A stretch of 54,857 nt of DNA from Flavobacteriales bacterium (GCA_046595075.1 JBKJPT010000098.1:1-54857), one strand, 5' to 3'; counted from the stretch's first letter, positions 8,531 through 18,963 are shown. A program made the numbers and translations. Notes: generated by a model from the sequence alone, not told the origin.

Positions 8531-8917
8531 ATGGCCACTATCAACAGCCTCGGTCGCCGCAAGACCTCCATTGCCCGCGTGGTCCTCACAGAGGGCAAGG
8601 GCACCGTTACCGTGAACGGACGCGACGGCAAGGAATACTTCCCGATCACCATGCAGCAGTTCAAACTGCTGCAGCCTTTCAAGCTCACTGATACCGTGGG
8701 CAAATACGATGTCACCGCTACCGTTGGCGGTGGCGGCATCACCGGCCAAGTGGACGCCGTGCGTTTGGGCATTTCCCGCGCATTGGTGAAGATCGATGCC
8801 GAGCACAAACCGAAACTCAAGGCCGAAGAACTCATGACCCGCGATCCACGTGCTGTGGAACGGAAGAAGTTCGGGCGCAAGAAGGCGCGCAAGCGCTTCC
8901 AATTCAGCAAGCGTTAA
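8531..8917 (+). CDS. rpsI: 30S ribosomal protein S9
   Basis: GRRKTSIARVVL..GKG.VTVNGR and a C-terminal tail RDPRAVERKKFGRKKARKRFQFSKR, both typical of S9. Lies directly downstream of rplM. Confidence 0.95.
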   Translation: MATINSLGRRKTSIARVVLTEGKGTVTVNGRDGKEYFPITMQQFKLLQPFKLTDTVGKYDVTATVGGGGITGQVDAVRLGISRALVKIDAEHKPKLKAEELMTRDPRAVERKKFGRKKARKRFQFSKR

Positions 8918-9025
8918 GGTCCCTACGCTTGTTCAGGATCCAATTCGGACGGACTCACCTCACGGTGGCTACCCTCCGAATGCCTGTGTCAACGGGAACA
9001 AGGAAAGTGAACTAAACAAGAGGAA

Positions 9026-9892
9026 ATGGCACGTATCGAATTCGACCGTCTGCTGGATGCTGGTGTGCACTTTGGCCACCTGCGCCGCAAGTGGAACCCC
9101 AACATGGCCCCTTACATATTCGGGGAGAAGAAGGGTATCCACATCATCGACCTGAACAAGACCAGCGCGAAGCTGGAAGAAGCTGCTGCCGCGATGAAGC
9201 AGATCGCTCGCAGTGGAAAGAAGGTGCTCTTCGTGGCCACCAAGAAGCAAGCGAAGGACATTGTCACCGAAAAAGTGAAGCCTACCGGTATGCCCTTCGT
9301 AACCGAGCGTTGGAGCGGTGGCATGCTCACCAACTTCGGCACCATCCGCCGCACCATCAAGAAGATGGCCACGATCGACCGCATGAAGATCGATGGCACA
9401 TTCAACAACATGAGCAAGCGCGAGCGCCTGCAAGTGAGCCGCCAGCGCGAGAAGATGGAGAAGAACCTGGGTTCCATTGCCGACCTCACTCGCTTGCCCA
9501 GCGCGCTGTTCATCGTGGACATCGTGAAGGAGCACATCGCCGTGGCGGAGGCACGCAAGCTCAACATCCCCACCTTCGCTATGGTGGACACCAACAGCGA
9601 TCCTACGCTCGTTGATTTTCCGATCCCCGCCAACGACGATGCTACCAAGAGCATTGAGTTGATCGTGGACACCATGATCGCCGCCATCAACGAAGGCATG
9701 GAGGAGCGGAAGAACGACAAGACCGTCGTGGACGAAGGAACCGAAGAGGATGGTGAAGCCGTGGAAGGAGCGGAAACGCCTGCACCGGTAGCCGCTGCGG
9801 AAGTTCCCGCCACTGAAGTAGTTGCTTCGGAAGCGATCGTTGCCGAAGTGCCCGCCTCCGCTGCCGGATCGGACAGCGAGGAGAACGCCTGA
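9026..9892 (+). CDS. rpsB: 30S ribosomal protein S2 with an acidic/Ala-rich C-terminal extension
   Basis: LLDAGVHFGHLRRKWNPNMAPYIFGEKKGIHIIDL, ERWSGGMLTNF and LFIVDIVKEHIAVAEARKLNIPTFAMVDTNSDP are S2 hallmarks. Confidence 0.95.
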   Translation: MARIEFDRLLDAGVHFGHLRRKWNPNMAPYIFGEKKGIHIIDLNKTSAKLEEAAAAMKQIARSGKKVLFVATKKQAKDIVTEKVKPTGMPFVTERWSGGMLTNFGTIRRTIKKMATIDRMKIDGTFNNMSKRERLQVSRQREKMEKNLGSIADLTRLPSALFIVDIVKEHIAVAEARKLNIPTFAMVDTNSDPTLVDFPIPANDDATKSIELIVDTMIAAINEGMEERKNDKTVVDEGTEEDGEAVEGAETPAPVAAAEVPATEVVASEAIVAEVPASAAGSDSEENA

Positions 9893-9992
9893 TCCAAATT
9901 TCCTACGGGCTGTATGCGCTGAGCGAAAGCGAGGCACGGCTCCAACCCAAGATGTACGGGTCGATGATCATCGGCCCCAACCCAACCAACCA

Positions 9993-10832
9993 ATGAGCAC
10001 CATGGTCATTACCGCCGCCGATGTGAACAAGCTGCGCCAGATCACCGGCGCGGGCATGATGGATTGCAAGCAAGCCCTCTCCGAGGCCAATGGCGACTTC
10101 GATGCCGCCATCGACATCCTGCGCAAGAAGGGCCAGAAGGTGGCAGCTAAGCGCGCCGATCGCGATGCCAGCGAAGGACAGGTCATCGGCCTAACAAGCA
10201 CCGATGGAAAGCGCGGCGTGCTCGTCTGCACCAACTGCGAAACCGACTTCGTGGCCAAGAACGCCGACTTCGCAGCTATGGCCAACCGTATCACCGCGAT
10301 CGCATTGGAGAAAGGCGCCGACAGCATCGATGCGCTGAAGGCGATGGCCTTCGATAGCAATGGCATGACCGTAGCCGAGAAGCTCATTGAGCAGACCGGT
10401 GTGATCGGCGAGAAGATCGAAGTGAGCGCCTGCCACTTGATGAACGCTGAGTTCGTTTATGCCTACAATCACCCTGGCAACAAAGTGGGTAGCCTCGTGG
10501 GCCTGAGCAAAGCAGGCTTCGAGAACGTTGCCAAGGACGTAGCCATGCAAGTAGCAGCCATGGGCCCCATTGCGCTGGACAAGGCAAGCACCCCGCAAAG
10601 TGTGATCGACAAGGAACTTGAGATCGGCAAGGAACTCGCGATCCAAGAGGGCAAGCCGATCGACATGGCGGAGAAGATCGCTGCTGGGCGCCTCAACAAG
10701 TTCTTCAAGGAAAGCACCCTGCTCGCCCAGGAGTTCATCAAGGACAACAAGCTCAACGTGGAGCAGTACGTGAAGAGCGCCGACAAGGACCTTACGGTCA
10801 CCGGCTTCAAGCGGCACTCACTTACGGTCTAA
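9993..10832 (+). CDS. tsf: Translation elongation factor Ts
   Basis: ITAADVNKLRQITGAGMMDCKQALSEANGDFDAAIDILRKKG is the Ts UBA-like N-terminus. The ORF-track ORF (9822) is trimmed to the ATG at 9993. An alternative ATG is at 10002. Confidence 0.95.
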   Translation: MSTMVITAADVNKLRQITGAGMMDCKQALSEANGDFDAAIDILRKKGQKVAAKRADRDASEGQVIGLTSTDGKRGVLVCTNCETDFVAKNADFAAMANRITAIALEKGADSIDALKAMAFDSNGMTVAEKLIEQTGVIGEKIEVSACHLMNAEFVYAYNHPGNKVGSLVGLSKAGFENVAKDVAMQVAAMGPIALDKASTPQSVIDKELEIGKELAIQEGKPIDMAEKIAAGRLNKFFKESTLLAQEFIKDNKLNVEQYVKSADKDLTVTGFKRHSLTV

Positions 10833-10856
10833 TGCACATCACCAACGCATAGGAGA

Positions 10857-10886
10857 GGGGGGCTTCGGCCTCCCTTTTTCTTTTTC
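10857..10886 (+). terminator. Rho-independent terminator after tsf
   Basis: GGGGGGC-TTCG-GCCTCCC: a 7-bp stem (one G-U pair) with a UUCG tetraloop at 10857-10874, followed by TTTTTCTTTTT. Confidence 0.6.
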
Positions 10887-10909
10887 CTTTGAGCCGCACT
10901 AAAGAACAA

Positions 10910-11623
10910 ATGGCCAACCCCTACAAACGCATCCTCCTGAAGCTCTCCGGCGAAAGCCTCATGGGTAGTCAGGCCTATGGTATCGACAGTGTTAGGCTGG
11001 AGCAGTATGCCGCCGAGATCAGCGGCATTGTAAAGCAGGGTGTGCAGGTGGCGGTGGTCATCGGCGGCGGGAACATCTACCGCGGTATGCAGGCCGCCGG
11101 CAACAACATCGATCGGGTCCAGGGCGACCACATGGGGATGCTCGCCACCATGATCAATTCATTGGCGATGCAGAGCGCCTTGGAGCATCAGGGCCACAAT
11201 ACGCGACTGCTCAGTGCGATCAAGATGGACACCATAGCCGAGCCCTTCATACGCCGCCGTGCAGTTCGCCATCTGGAGAAGAGCCGCATCGTGATATTCG
11301 GTGCGGGGACGGGCAATCCGTATTTCACCACAGATACTGCCGCTTCCTTGCGGGCCATCGAGATCGAAGCCGATGTGATCCTCAAGGGCACCCGTGTGGA
11401 TGGTATCTACACCGCAGACCCCGAGAAAGACAAGACCGCCACCAAGTACGACCGCATCTCCTTTACGGAGGTCTATGACAAGGGACTGAACGTAATGGAC
11501 CTCACAGCCTTCACGCTCTGCAAGGAGAACAACCTGCCCATCATCGTCTTCGACATGAACAAGCCCGGCAACCTAGGCCGCTTGATCGCGGGTGAACATG
11601 TGGGCACCTTGGTGGAGCTGTGA
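10910..11623 (+). CDS. pyrH: UMP kinase
   Basis: [56 protein letters not shown]. The ORF-track TTG start (10889) is trimmed to the ATG at 10910. Confidence 0.95.
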   Translation: MANPYKRILLKLSGESLMGSQAYGIDSVRLEQYAAEISGIVKQGVQVAVVIGGGNIYRGMQAAGNNIDRVQGDHMGMLATMINSLAMQSALEHQGHNTRLLSAIKMDTIAEPFIRRRAVRHLEKSRIVIFGAGTGNPYFTTDTAASLRAIEIEADVILKGTRVDGIYTADPEKDKTATKYDRISFTEVYDKGLNVMDLTAFTLCKENNLPIIVFDMNKPGNLGRLIAGEHVGTLVEL

Positions 11624-11709
11624 ACGAGTTGTTCGCGAACATTGTCCCGCCGTTAATTTCGCGCTCGGGTTCGCCGAAGTCTTAACGAGAGAGCACCAAT
11701 CACAAAGCC

Positions 11710-12270
11710 ATGATCGATACCGCAGCCACCATGAAGCAGTGCGAGGAGCACATGCGCAAGGCCGTTGAACACTTGGAATTGGAGCTCACCAAGGTGCGCG
11801 CTGGTGCCGCAAGTCCCATGATGTTGGAAGGAGTGCGCGTGGACTACTATGGCCAGATGGTGCCGCTCTCACAAGTCGCGGGCATCAACACCGGCGATGC
11901 GCGCACGCTCTTCGTCAAGCCTTGGGAGAAGAAAATGATCGACGCGATCGAGAAGGCGATCATCGGTGCAAACCTCGGTTTCAATCCCAGCAACAACGGC
12001 GAGAGCGTGATCATCCATGTGCCCATGCTCACCGAAGAACGCCGAAAGGCCTTGGTGAAGACGGCTCATGCGGAGATGGAGCACGCCAAGGTGGGCATTC
12101 GCAGCAGCCGCCAGAAGGCGATGGACGCGATAAAAGCCGCGAAGAAGGACGGCCTCCCCGAGGATCACGCGAAGGACCTGGACGGTCAGGTGGAAAAGCT
12201 CACCGCTACCTACAACAAGAAGTCCGAAGAGCTGCTCGCGCTGAAGGAGAAGGACATCATGAAGGTCTAG
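11710..12270 (+). CDS. frr: Ribosome recycling factor
   Basis: LTKVRAGAASPMMLEGVRVDYYGQMVPLSQVAGINTGDARTLFVKPWEK and IHVPMLTEERRKALVK, typical of Frr. Follows pyrH as in the conserved tsf-pyrH-frr order. Confidence 0.95.
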   Translation: MIDTAATMKQCEEHMRKAVEHLELELTKVRAGAASPMMLEGVRVDYYGQMVPLSQVAGINTGDARTLFVKPWEKKMIDAIEKAIIGANLGFNPSNNGESVIIHVPMLTEERRKALVKTAHAEMEHAKVGIRSSRQKAMDAIKAAKKDGLPEDHAKDLDGQVEKLTATYNKKSEELLALKEKDIMKV

Positions 12271-12290
12271 GCGCAAGCCTTGATGGTACA

Positions 12291-12329
12291 GTGAAGGAGG
12301 AGAAGGGTGCGAGGGCGCGCCTCTTTCAC
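12291..12329. terminator. Hairpin between convergent frr and the TonB-receptor gene (possible terminator)
   Basis: GTGAAGGAGG (12291-12300) pairs with CCTCTTTCAC (12320-12329): 10 bp including one G-U, with a 19-nt loop. There is no clear U-tract. Confidence 0.3.
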
Positions 12330-12340
12330 GAACACGCTAT

Positions 12341-14608
12341 TCAGAACCGGTAGCTCACAAAGCCTTTCAAGAACAAGGGTGTGCCCGGCGTGAAGTGTAA
12401 TTCGCTCACCGGCTCGACTTCGTTCCTCAAGCGGCTCGCGGTATCGAACTGTGCCTGGTTCCATTCGGCGTTGAGAATGTTCTCCGCGCTGGCACCGATC
12501 TCGACCTTGGAGAAGCGATAGCTCACGACCGCATCGATGAGGAAGTAGCCTTTCGCAACGACCGTGTTGCTCTCGTTGGCAGGTCGGTCGGCGATGTGGC
12601 GGTAGCGCAGGCTCGCACTGAAGCCTTTGTCCTGCTTGTACGCAAGTCCGCCTATCGTCGTGAAGCGCGGAGCAAGAGGGATGGCATTCTCTCCTTCGGA
12701 CGGTCCGATGACCTTGCCATCCACTGCGTTCATGTCCAGATCGGCGAAGAGGTGACCGGTGAGCTGGTAGCGCACGCTGAGGTCGATCCCCATGCGGCGT
12801 GTCGGATCACTCGTCTCCACCACGCCACCGTCGCCCACGTACACCAGTTCGCTTTCCAGGTAGAGCGCGAAGAGGGCCGCGTTCACCAGCATACGCGGTG
12901 CAGGTTTGAAGGTGGAACCTAGGTCTGCGCCATAAGCGCGGGGGAGCGTGCGGCTCGCATCGCTCACCACCACCGCGCGTGCATCGTTGCTGTGGAACCC
13001 GATGCCCGTGCGCAAGTACAATTGCACACGATCACTGACCGCGTAGTTGAAGTTCAGCTTCGGACTGATGCGTTGCAGGGTGGCTTTGCCAGTGAGGCTA
13101 TCGACCCCTCGCGAGTCGGCGTACATGAACCGGAACACGTCCAGTCGGGCGGCCGGGTTGATGGAGAAACGCTCTGTGACCTCAAGCGTGGCGTCCACGA
13201 AGGCGCTCGCGTTCAGTTGGTCCACCGTGCCGGCAACGATGGTGTCGTAGACCACGCGCTGCACGGTGTTCTTCAGGGCGATGTCGGCCATGTCATATCG
13301 TGCGCCCACGCCTGAACTGAAATTGAGCGGCATGCTACCGAGATGCGTGCGTTGCGTGTAGGAGCCGGTGTAACCGCCGATCATGCGATCATCCGTCTGG
13401 TTGATCATATCGCCGTTCACACTGTCCGTGGCGAAGAAGGTGAAGTTGCTGTACAGGTTGAAGTCGTATTTCACGAAGTAGAGCTGGTTCTTGATCAATG
13501 CACCATTGCGCAGGCCATTGGACACCGTGGCGTACACGTTGGTGCGCGTGGTGTTGCCGCCTTCGTTGTTGTCGATTGCGCCGAAGCGGTCGATCAAGCC
13601 GCTTTCCACGGCACGCTGTGGGATCTGTCCGCTCGCGTTCCATGCTGCGCCGAACGTGCTGGCACCCAGCACGAGCCGTGTGCGTTCGCCCAACAGGCCC
13701 GTGTATTTGCCGAAGAAGTTGAACCGACCGAAATCCTGTTTGCTCTGGAAGTAGGCATCCGTGCGCGCGTATTCACCGGCGATATAGAAGTTCTCCTTGC
13801 GTTGACCGAACAGGTGCTTCTTGTCGAGCACATTGAAGAGACCAACCGCGCGGAATGTGTTGAACATGCCTCCTTCCACCTTCAGTTCTGTGCGCTCCAC
13901 CCGGTCGCGGGTCATGAACTCCACCGTACCGCTGGTGGCGAAGTCGCCGAAGCGCGCATCGTAAGGGCCCTTGTGTACCGCGAGCTTTTCGATCGTTTCT
14001 GGTATCGTGAAGTGCAGGTCGGCGTAGCCCTGGCCGTGCGCATGGCTCACCATATTCACTGGCATGCCGTCCACGCTCACCTGCAGATCGGTGCCGTGGT
14101 CTATATCGAAGCCCCGGAAGAAGATCTGTTCGGCCTTGCCACCACCGGCGTGCTGCGCAATGAAGAGCCCCGGCACAAGCGTCAGAAGGTCTTGTGAAGT
14201 GTTGATCGGCCGCGTGCGCATGTCCAACGCATGGATCACTTCGGTCTGTGACGCGGCCTGGTCGGGGGCTACGGTAACCTCCTTGAGATCGATCGTAGAG
14301 GCCACTAGCTGTATCGACAGGTCCATATCCTTACTCAGTGTGACATGCTGCTCCGCGGGCGAGAAACCCAGCGACTGCACTTTGATGGTGTGCTCGCCTT
14401 CGGGCAGCTTGGTGAAGGCAAAGTGGCCGAACACATCCACCACTGCGCCTACATTGAGGTCGGTGATGATCACACTCGCGCCTATGATAGGATCGCCACC
14501 ACTGTTCTGCACCGTGCCGGTGAGACGATAGTTCTGTGCCGAAGCGAGGAGGGCGAGCGAGGCGGCAGATGCAGCGAGCAGGATCCGTAAGTGTAGCGAT
14601 GGTTGCAT
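12341..14608 (-). CDS. TonB-dependent receptor with an N-terminal carboxypeptidase-regulatory-like domain
   Basis: Signal peptide, then NYRLTGTVQNSGGDPIIGASVII..GHFAF..LPEGEHTIKV (CarboxypepD_reg). Plug motifs: LLTLVPGLFIAQHAGGGKAEQIFFRGFD, VDGMPVN. Long beta-barrel ending in ..GFVSYRF, with a terminal aromatic residue. Confidence 0.9.
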   Translation of the reverse strand: MQPSLHLRILLAASAASLALLASAQNYRLTGTVQNSGGDPIIGASVIITDLNVGAVVDVFGHFAFTKLPEGEHTIKVQSLGFSPAEQHVTLSKDMDLSIQLVASTIDLKEVTVAPDQAASQTEVIHALDMRTRPINTSQDLLTLVPGLFIAQHAGGGKAEQIFFRGFDIDHGTDLQVSVDGMPVNMVSHAHGQGYADLHFTIPETIEKLAVHKGPYDARFGDFATSGTVEFMTRDRVERTELKVEGGMFNTFRAVGLFNVLDKKHLFGQRKENFYIAGEYARTDAYFQSKQDFGRFNFFGKYTGLLGERTRLVLGASTFGAAWNASGQIPQRAVESGLIDRFGAIDNNEGGNTTRTNVYATVSNGLRNGALIKNQLYFVKYDFNLYSNFTFFATDSVNGDMINQTDDRMIGGYTGSYTQRTHLGSMPLNFSSGVGARYDMADIALKNTVQRVVYDTIVAGTVDQLNASAFVDATLEVTERFSINPAARLDVFRFMYADSRGVDSLTGKATLQRISPKLNFNYAVSDRVQLYLRTGIGFHSNDARAVVVSDASRTLPRAYGADLGSTFKPAPRMLVNAALFALYLESELVYVGDGGVVETSDPTRRMGIDLSVRYQLTGHLFADLDMNAVDGKVIGPSEGENAIPLAPRFTTIGGLAYKQDKGFSASLRYRHIADRPANESNTVVAKGYFLIDAVVSYRFSKVEIGASAENILNAEWNQAQFDTASRLRNEVEPVSELHFTPGTPLFLKGFVSYRF

Positions 14609-14690
14609 GTGTGTATTCCGCTTCAGCGGAGGGAGTTGGTTCTGGTGGTAGGGTGATCCATGTACAAGATCAGGGATCCCATTGGATCGG

Positions 14691-15362
14691 TCAGGTGTAG
14701 AAGATCCGCTCCACGGTCCAATAGCCTGCTATGAGCATTATCACAGCCGAGAGGGGCACCACGATAACGCGGCGGTAGTAGGGCTTCTCCCGGAACCAAA
14801 GTCCGAAGAGCAGGAAGGCGAGCAGGATCACGGTGATCTGTCCAAGTTCAACACCCACATTGAAGGTGATGAGCGTTGTGAGGAAGTGCTTGGGCGGTAG
14901 GCCGAGTTCGGACAGCGCCCCAGCGAAACCCAGACCGTGGATGAGGCCGAAGAAGAATACTACGCCGATACGTGATCTGCGCAATCCCTGCGAGATGATG
15001 TTCTCCAGCGCGACCACCATGATGCTTATGGCGATGAGCGGCTCTACGATCGCCGGTGGGGGGGTGATAACCCCGTACATCGCCAGTCCAAGGGTGATCG
15101 AGTGCGCCACAGTGAACGCTGTGGCCTGCCAGAGGATCGGCTTCCACTTTGGACTGAGCAAGTATAGGCTCAACACGAAGAGGATGTGATCGAAGCCTAA
15201 GGGTAGAATGTGCAGATAGCCCTGTTTCAGAAAGTACCAGCTTGCTTCAGGACCGGTGAGCAATTCCAACTCGTTGAAAGCCACGTGTGCGCTGGCCGGC
15301 AGCGCCGCAAGGAGCGAAGCTCCAAGAGTGAGCAGGATCCTATGTCCGCTTGTAGTGAGCAT
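14691..15362 (-). CDS. HupE/UreJ-family membrane protein (putative Ni/Co/metal permease family)
   Basis: Signal ..ALPASAHV, then GYLHILPLGFDHILFVLSLYLL and several TM helices (GLIHGLGFAGAL, GVELGQITVILLAFLL). This pattern is typical of the HupE_UreJ_2-type family. Confidence 0.8.
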   Translation of the reverse strand: MLTTSGHRILLTLGASLLAALPASAHVAFNELELLTGPEASWYFLKQGYLHILPLGFDHILFVLSLYLLSPKWKPILWQATAFTVAHSITLGLAMYGVITPPPAIVEPLIAISIMVVALENIISQGLRRSRIGVVFFFGLIHGLGFAGALSELGLPPKHFLTTLITFNVGVELGQITVILLAFLLFGLWFREKPYYRRVIVVPLSAVIMLIAGYWTVERIFYT

Positions 15363-15383
15363 GCGAATGGGCGATGGAGCCGA

Positions 15384-16748
15384 TCAGTTGCCCAGCACGA
15401 GCCGCGCCTCTTCGGCGAACGGATGGTGCTGGTAGGGATCCAACTTGAAGCTCTCGGCGATCAGCGCCTTGCCTTTGGAAGCGTCGCCGTTCTTGGCGGT
15501 GATCAATCCATCTAGGCATTGCAAATACGCATCGTTGGAGTTGGTGCGCTTGGCACGTGCGATGAAACCCGCAGCGGTCGCAGCATCGCCTTTGGCGTAG
15601 TGGATGGCCGCTAGTGTCCCGTTCACATCGTTGTTGTTCGCGCGGTGCGTGGCTTCGTGTTGTGCATTGATCAGTGCGTTCTCCAGGTCCTTTGCGAACT
15701 CCAGCTGATAGCGGGCCATTTCCAAGCCCACTTGGTGGCTATGTCCTTCGCCACCCTTGGCTAGACCGGCTAGCACGAGCCCAGCGTTGCGCACAGCCTC
15801 GTCGCGCAGATCGGTCTTGTTTTGTGCGCTATAAACGCGCGCCAGTTCTTGGTGGAAGCCCGCGTCCGGCATCAAGGCGATGGCCGCGTTCAGTTGTTTC
15901 TCTGCTTCGGGATAGTTCTTCAGTTTGCCCGCCACACGACCAAGCGCTGCGAGCGCGAACGGGTAGTTAGGTCGCTCGGCCAGTGCTTGTTCGTACTGCT
16001 GTTGTGCGGTTGCTAGATCCCCAGTGCGTTCGCTGAGGCCTCCTAGTTGCACGCGGCACCAGCTGTGGTCCTCGCTGCCGGGATAGCCCGCCTGCACGGC
16101 CATGTCCATGGCTTGCATCGCGCCGGGCACATCGCCATGGATCTCGCGCAGGTAGCTCACGCGGCTGTAACTACGCAGGTCCGGACGGATGGTGACCATC
16201 TTGTCGCTCATGGCAACGGCCGTGGCGTAATCGCCCAGCTCCACATTGGCATCCACGAGAATGCCATAGTTGAACGCGCGGTGGGGATCCAGCGCCACTG
16301 CTTCTGCGCCCAGGGTGAGCGCCTCTTGGAATTCGTGCTGGCTCAATTTGATGAGCGCCTTCAAGGTGAGCGCCTCGCTACGCAAATTCACGCTGGGTCC
16401 GGTCTTGGTGGTTGTCTTGGCCAACACACGATCCAAGATCGTGAGCGCGGCGCTGTAGTTGGGCGCGTAGTTGCCGGTGATGCGTGCTTCGGTGATGAAT
16501 ACCTCGCTAAGCTTCAACCAGCTCTTGAGGTCATCGGGCTGTATGCCCAGGTGTTCCTTCAAGGTGGTATACGTGGTGCGTAGGTTCTCCGCCTCGCCCG
16601 GCATACCGGTTTGGACGGTTCGTGCAGGTAGATCGGGAACGAGCGACGCGGTTGCGTTCGGCATTCGCGCATTTGCTCCACTGCTGTCAGTGCAGGAAGC
16701 GAGCATTCCGCAGAAGCCAATAATGAGAAGGGAGTTGAGAGTTTTCAT
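15384..16748 (-). CDS. Tetratricopeptide-repeat lipoprotein
   Basis: Lipobox LIIGFCGMLASCTD. Repeated 34-aa A/L/Y-rich helical units throughout (..AFNYGILVDANVELGDYATAVAMSDKMVTIRPD.., ..ALAALGRVAGKLKNYPEAEKQLNAAIALMPD..). Confidence 0.75.
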   Translation of the reverse strand: MKTLNSLLIIGFCGMLASCTDSSGANARMPNATASLVPDLPARTVQTGMPGEAENLRTTYTTLKEHLGIQPDDLKSWLKLSEVFITEARITGNYAPNYSAALTILDRVLAKTTTKTGPSVNLRSEALTLKALIKLSQHEFQEALTLGAEAVALDPHRAFNYGILVDANVELGDYATAVAMSDKMVTIRPDLRSYSRVSYLREIHGDVPGAMQAMDMAVQAGYPGSEDHSWCRVQLGGLSERTGDLATAQQQYEQALAERPNYPFALAALGRVAGKLKNYPEAEKQLNAAIALMPDAGFHQELARVYSAQNKTDLRDEAVRNAGLVLAGLAKGGEGHSHQVGLEMARYQLEFAKDLENALINAQHEATHRANNNDVNGTLAAIHYAKGDAATAAGFIARAKRTNSNDAYLQCLDGLITAKNGDASKGKALIAESFKLDPYQHHPFAEEARLVLGN

Positions 16749-16832
16749 GGCGGTGGTGGTTGTATGGGGACCGCTTTGCCCCGGAGCACTGACCTTACGG
16801 GGTCGGTGCTCCGGGGGAACGGTGGTTTTGGA

Positions 16833-18893
16833 CTACTGCTTCGTCAATTTCATTGCGCCCAACAGCGCGCCTTGGGCGTCCACTGCTTTGGCCAGATAAG
16901 TGCCCGCTGCGATGCCGCTCGCGTCCCATGTGATGGTGCGCGTGCCGCTACTCATTTTGCCAGCGAACGGTGTTGCGATGAGCTTGCCGGTCACGGAGTA
17001 GATCTCCATGCGCACGACGCCATCAGCCTTCAGGTTGAACTGGAAGGTGGTGCGATCAGCGATCGGGTTCGGGAACGCGGTGAGTAGCACAGCGCCGCCG
17101 CTCAGGTCGTTCACGCCAACAGTGCCGTCGCTCGGATCGAGAATGGCAGGCTGCGTGTAGTTGATCGCGAGGCCACTGCAATCGCCAGTGCCGCGGTTCG
17201 GCGCTGCCAAGTATGGGAACTCCGCTTGGAAGGGCTGATCGTTCGCATCGATGCCGGTGCTGTACGTGAGCACATCCATCAGGTCCTGCGTTACGGGGTT
17301 GGGGTCGCCATTGGTGTAGTCATCGTACCACAGACCGATCGCGGCCAGTGCCACGCCTCCTACTGCTTGCAGCTCAATGCGCGTTACATCATCCTCCAGG
17401 CGACGACCGTTCGGGAAGCCGTCCATGTTGGGGATGAATTGCAGCGAAGCATCGGCGTTGTACAGCGGATCGGTAAGGCCCGAGACCGCAGCGGCAATAA
17501 TACCCAGAGGGCTAAAAGCGGGATCATTGCGCTGCGTCACTGGTACCGCCATGTTCAAGCGTAGCATATCGCCACCGTTGGGCAGGAAGTTGTTGATGAA
17601 GGGCTTGCCCACGGCGAGCGGGTTGCCCATTTTGCCGGTGGCGAGTTGATACGGTGCCAGGTTCGGCACGCCGGTATGGAAGATCGGCCACAGGTCCACG
17701 CTGCGTGGGCTGTTGTCCGCAGGAAGAAGAAGCGTTCCGAAGATCGCATCGTCCAACGCGGTGCCAGCAACGGCAGCGGTGTTCTTCAAGGGCCACAGGC
17801 CGCTTTGCCCGTTGCCAAAGTCGAAGCCCTGCAAGCTGTTGCGCTGAATGCGCAGCGGCGCGAAGGCCGGCACGGCACCGCCGAAGAGATCATCATCCAT
17901 GTACAGCGCCAGTTCGGGGTTGTAGAAGTAGTTACCGAAGGTGCCAATGTTCGCGAGGTCTTCGTAAGGCGTCAAGCCGTTCCACAGGTCCTTGCTGCCG
18001 ATGGGGATCACCACTTCGTTGGTCAAGGGCATACCCAAGCGCGATACCTGTACCCAAGCACCCATATAGTCCTGTGTGCCATCGGTGTTCAGCGTGCGCA
18101 TGGTCCGGCGACTTGCGCTGGCCCAAACACCGATCACGAAGTCGGGGTCAAGGATGCTCGTAGCCGAACTCACGCTCAATCCGTCCTTCTGCAAGGTGCT
18201 GATCGGGATCTTCAGCACGATCGCGCTCACGTTCAAGCAGGCAAGGCCGTCCTTCGGCGTGCCGTTCTGCCGGGGCAGATCGCCCAGGTCGAACACACCC
18301 GCTAGGTCCACATAGAAGGGATCGTCCACCGGACCGCAGAACACCGTTTCGCCGGTGCTCGTTGGGTGGTAGGCGCTCGACATCAGTTGGGCGTAGTTCG
18401 TGTTCAAACCCGCAGAACCCGTGATGCTGCGCGCACCGATATTGTTGGGCGGAACAATGCCGTTCAACTTGATCGCTTGGAAGCTCGCGCCTCCATCTAT
18501 GCTGCGCTCCAGCGTGTAGGTCGTCTTCAGGTTCTGTTGGCCCAAGCGTACGTTGAAGAAGGTGCTTGGGTCCTCATTCTCCTTGAAGAAGGTAAAGCGG
18601 TAGATGATGTCATCACCGGCAGTGGTCACATCATTGTCGATGTGGATCTCGTACCGGATGTTCTGCCCGAACGAGTAATAGTTGGGTCCGCCGTGGGGCA
18701 GTTGCATCGGAACGTAGTTCGCGATGATGATGATCGAGTTGGGATCATCAGGGCTGCGGAAGGCGTACACGTCCGTGTTGTCGGCCAGCGGATCATTGGC
18801 GATCAGCGGTGCCTCACGGTGGCTGCTGGCGCTGGCCACGCTCGCTAGGAGCAGGCCGCCGACCAGAGCGAGGTTCTTGAGTTGGTTTTTCAT
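16833..18893 (-). CDS. DUF4331-family protein with a T9SS C-terminal sorting domain
   Basis: Trimmed to the ATG at 18893 (MKNQLKNLALVGGLLLASVASA signal). Mature N-terminus SSHREAPLIANDPLADNTDVYAFRSPDDPN is the DUF4331 signature. C-terminal tail FPNPIADRTTFQFNL..MEIYSVTGKLI..GTYLAKAV is Por_Secre_tail-like. Confidence 0.85.
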   Translation of the reverse strand: MKNQLKNLALVGGLLLASVASASSHREAPLIANDPLADNTDVYAFRSPDDPNSIIIIANYVPMQLPHGGPNYYSFGQNIRYEIHIDNDVTTAGDDIIYRFTFFKENEDPSTFFNVRLGQQNLKTTYTLERSIDGGASFQAIKLNGIVPPNNIGARSITGSAGLNTNYAQLMSSAYHPTSTGETVFCGPVDDPFYVDLAGVFDLGDLPRQNGTPKDGLACLNVSAIVLKIPISTLQKDGLSVSSATSILDPDFVIGVWASASRRTMRTLNTDGTQDYMGAWVQVSRLGMPLTNEVVIPIGSKDLWNGLTPYEDLANIGTFGNYFYNPELALYMDDDLFGGAVPAFAPLRIQRNSLQGFDFGNGQSGLWPLKNTAAVAGTALDDAIFGTLLLPADNSPRSVDLWPIFHTGVPNLAPYQLATGKMGNPLAVGKPFINNFLPNGGDMLRLNMAVPVTQRNDPAFSPLGIIAAAVSGLTDPLYNADASLQFIPNMDGFPNGRRLEDDVTRIELQAVGGVALAAIGLWYDDYTNGDPNPVTQDLMDVLTYSTGIDANDQPFQAEFPYLAAPNRGTGDCSGLAINYTQPAILDPSDGTVGVNDLSGGAVLLTAFPNPIADRTTFQFNLKADGVVRMEIYSVTGKLIATPFAGKMSSGTRTITWDASGIAAGTYLAKAVDAQGALLGAMKLTKQ
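17335..17850. repeat. Copy A of a roughly 515-bp near-identical block shared by the two DUF4331 paralogs
   Basis: By-eye alignment to 19127-19642 (offset 1792). It includes a 92-nt exact run (17665-17756 = 19457-19548). The encoded ~170 aa are almost identical, while the flanking parts of the paralogs are clearly more diverged. Confidence 0.8.
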
Positions 18894-18963
18894 TTTGTGA
18901 ATGGGTTGGGGCGCGAGACCTCTCGCCCATACCTGGGCGCAAGCGGCTCTTGCCATGGGCCGA

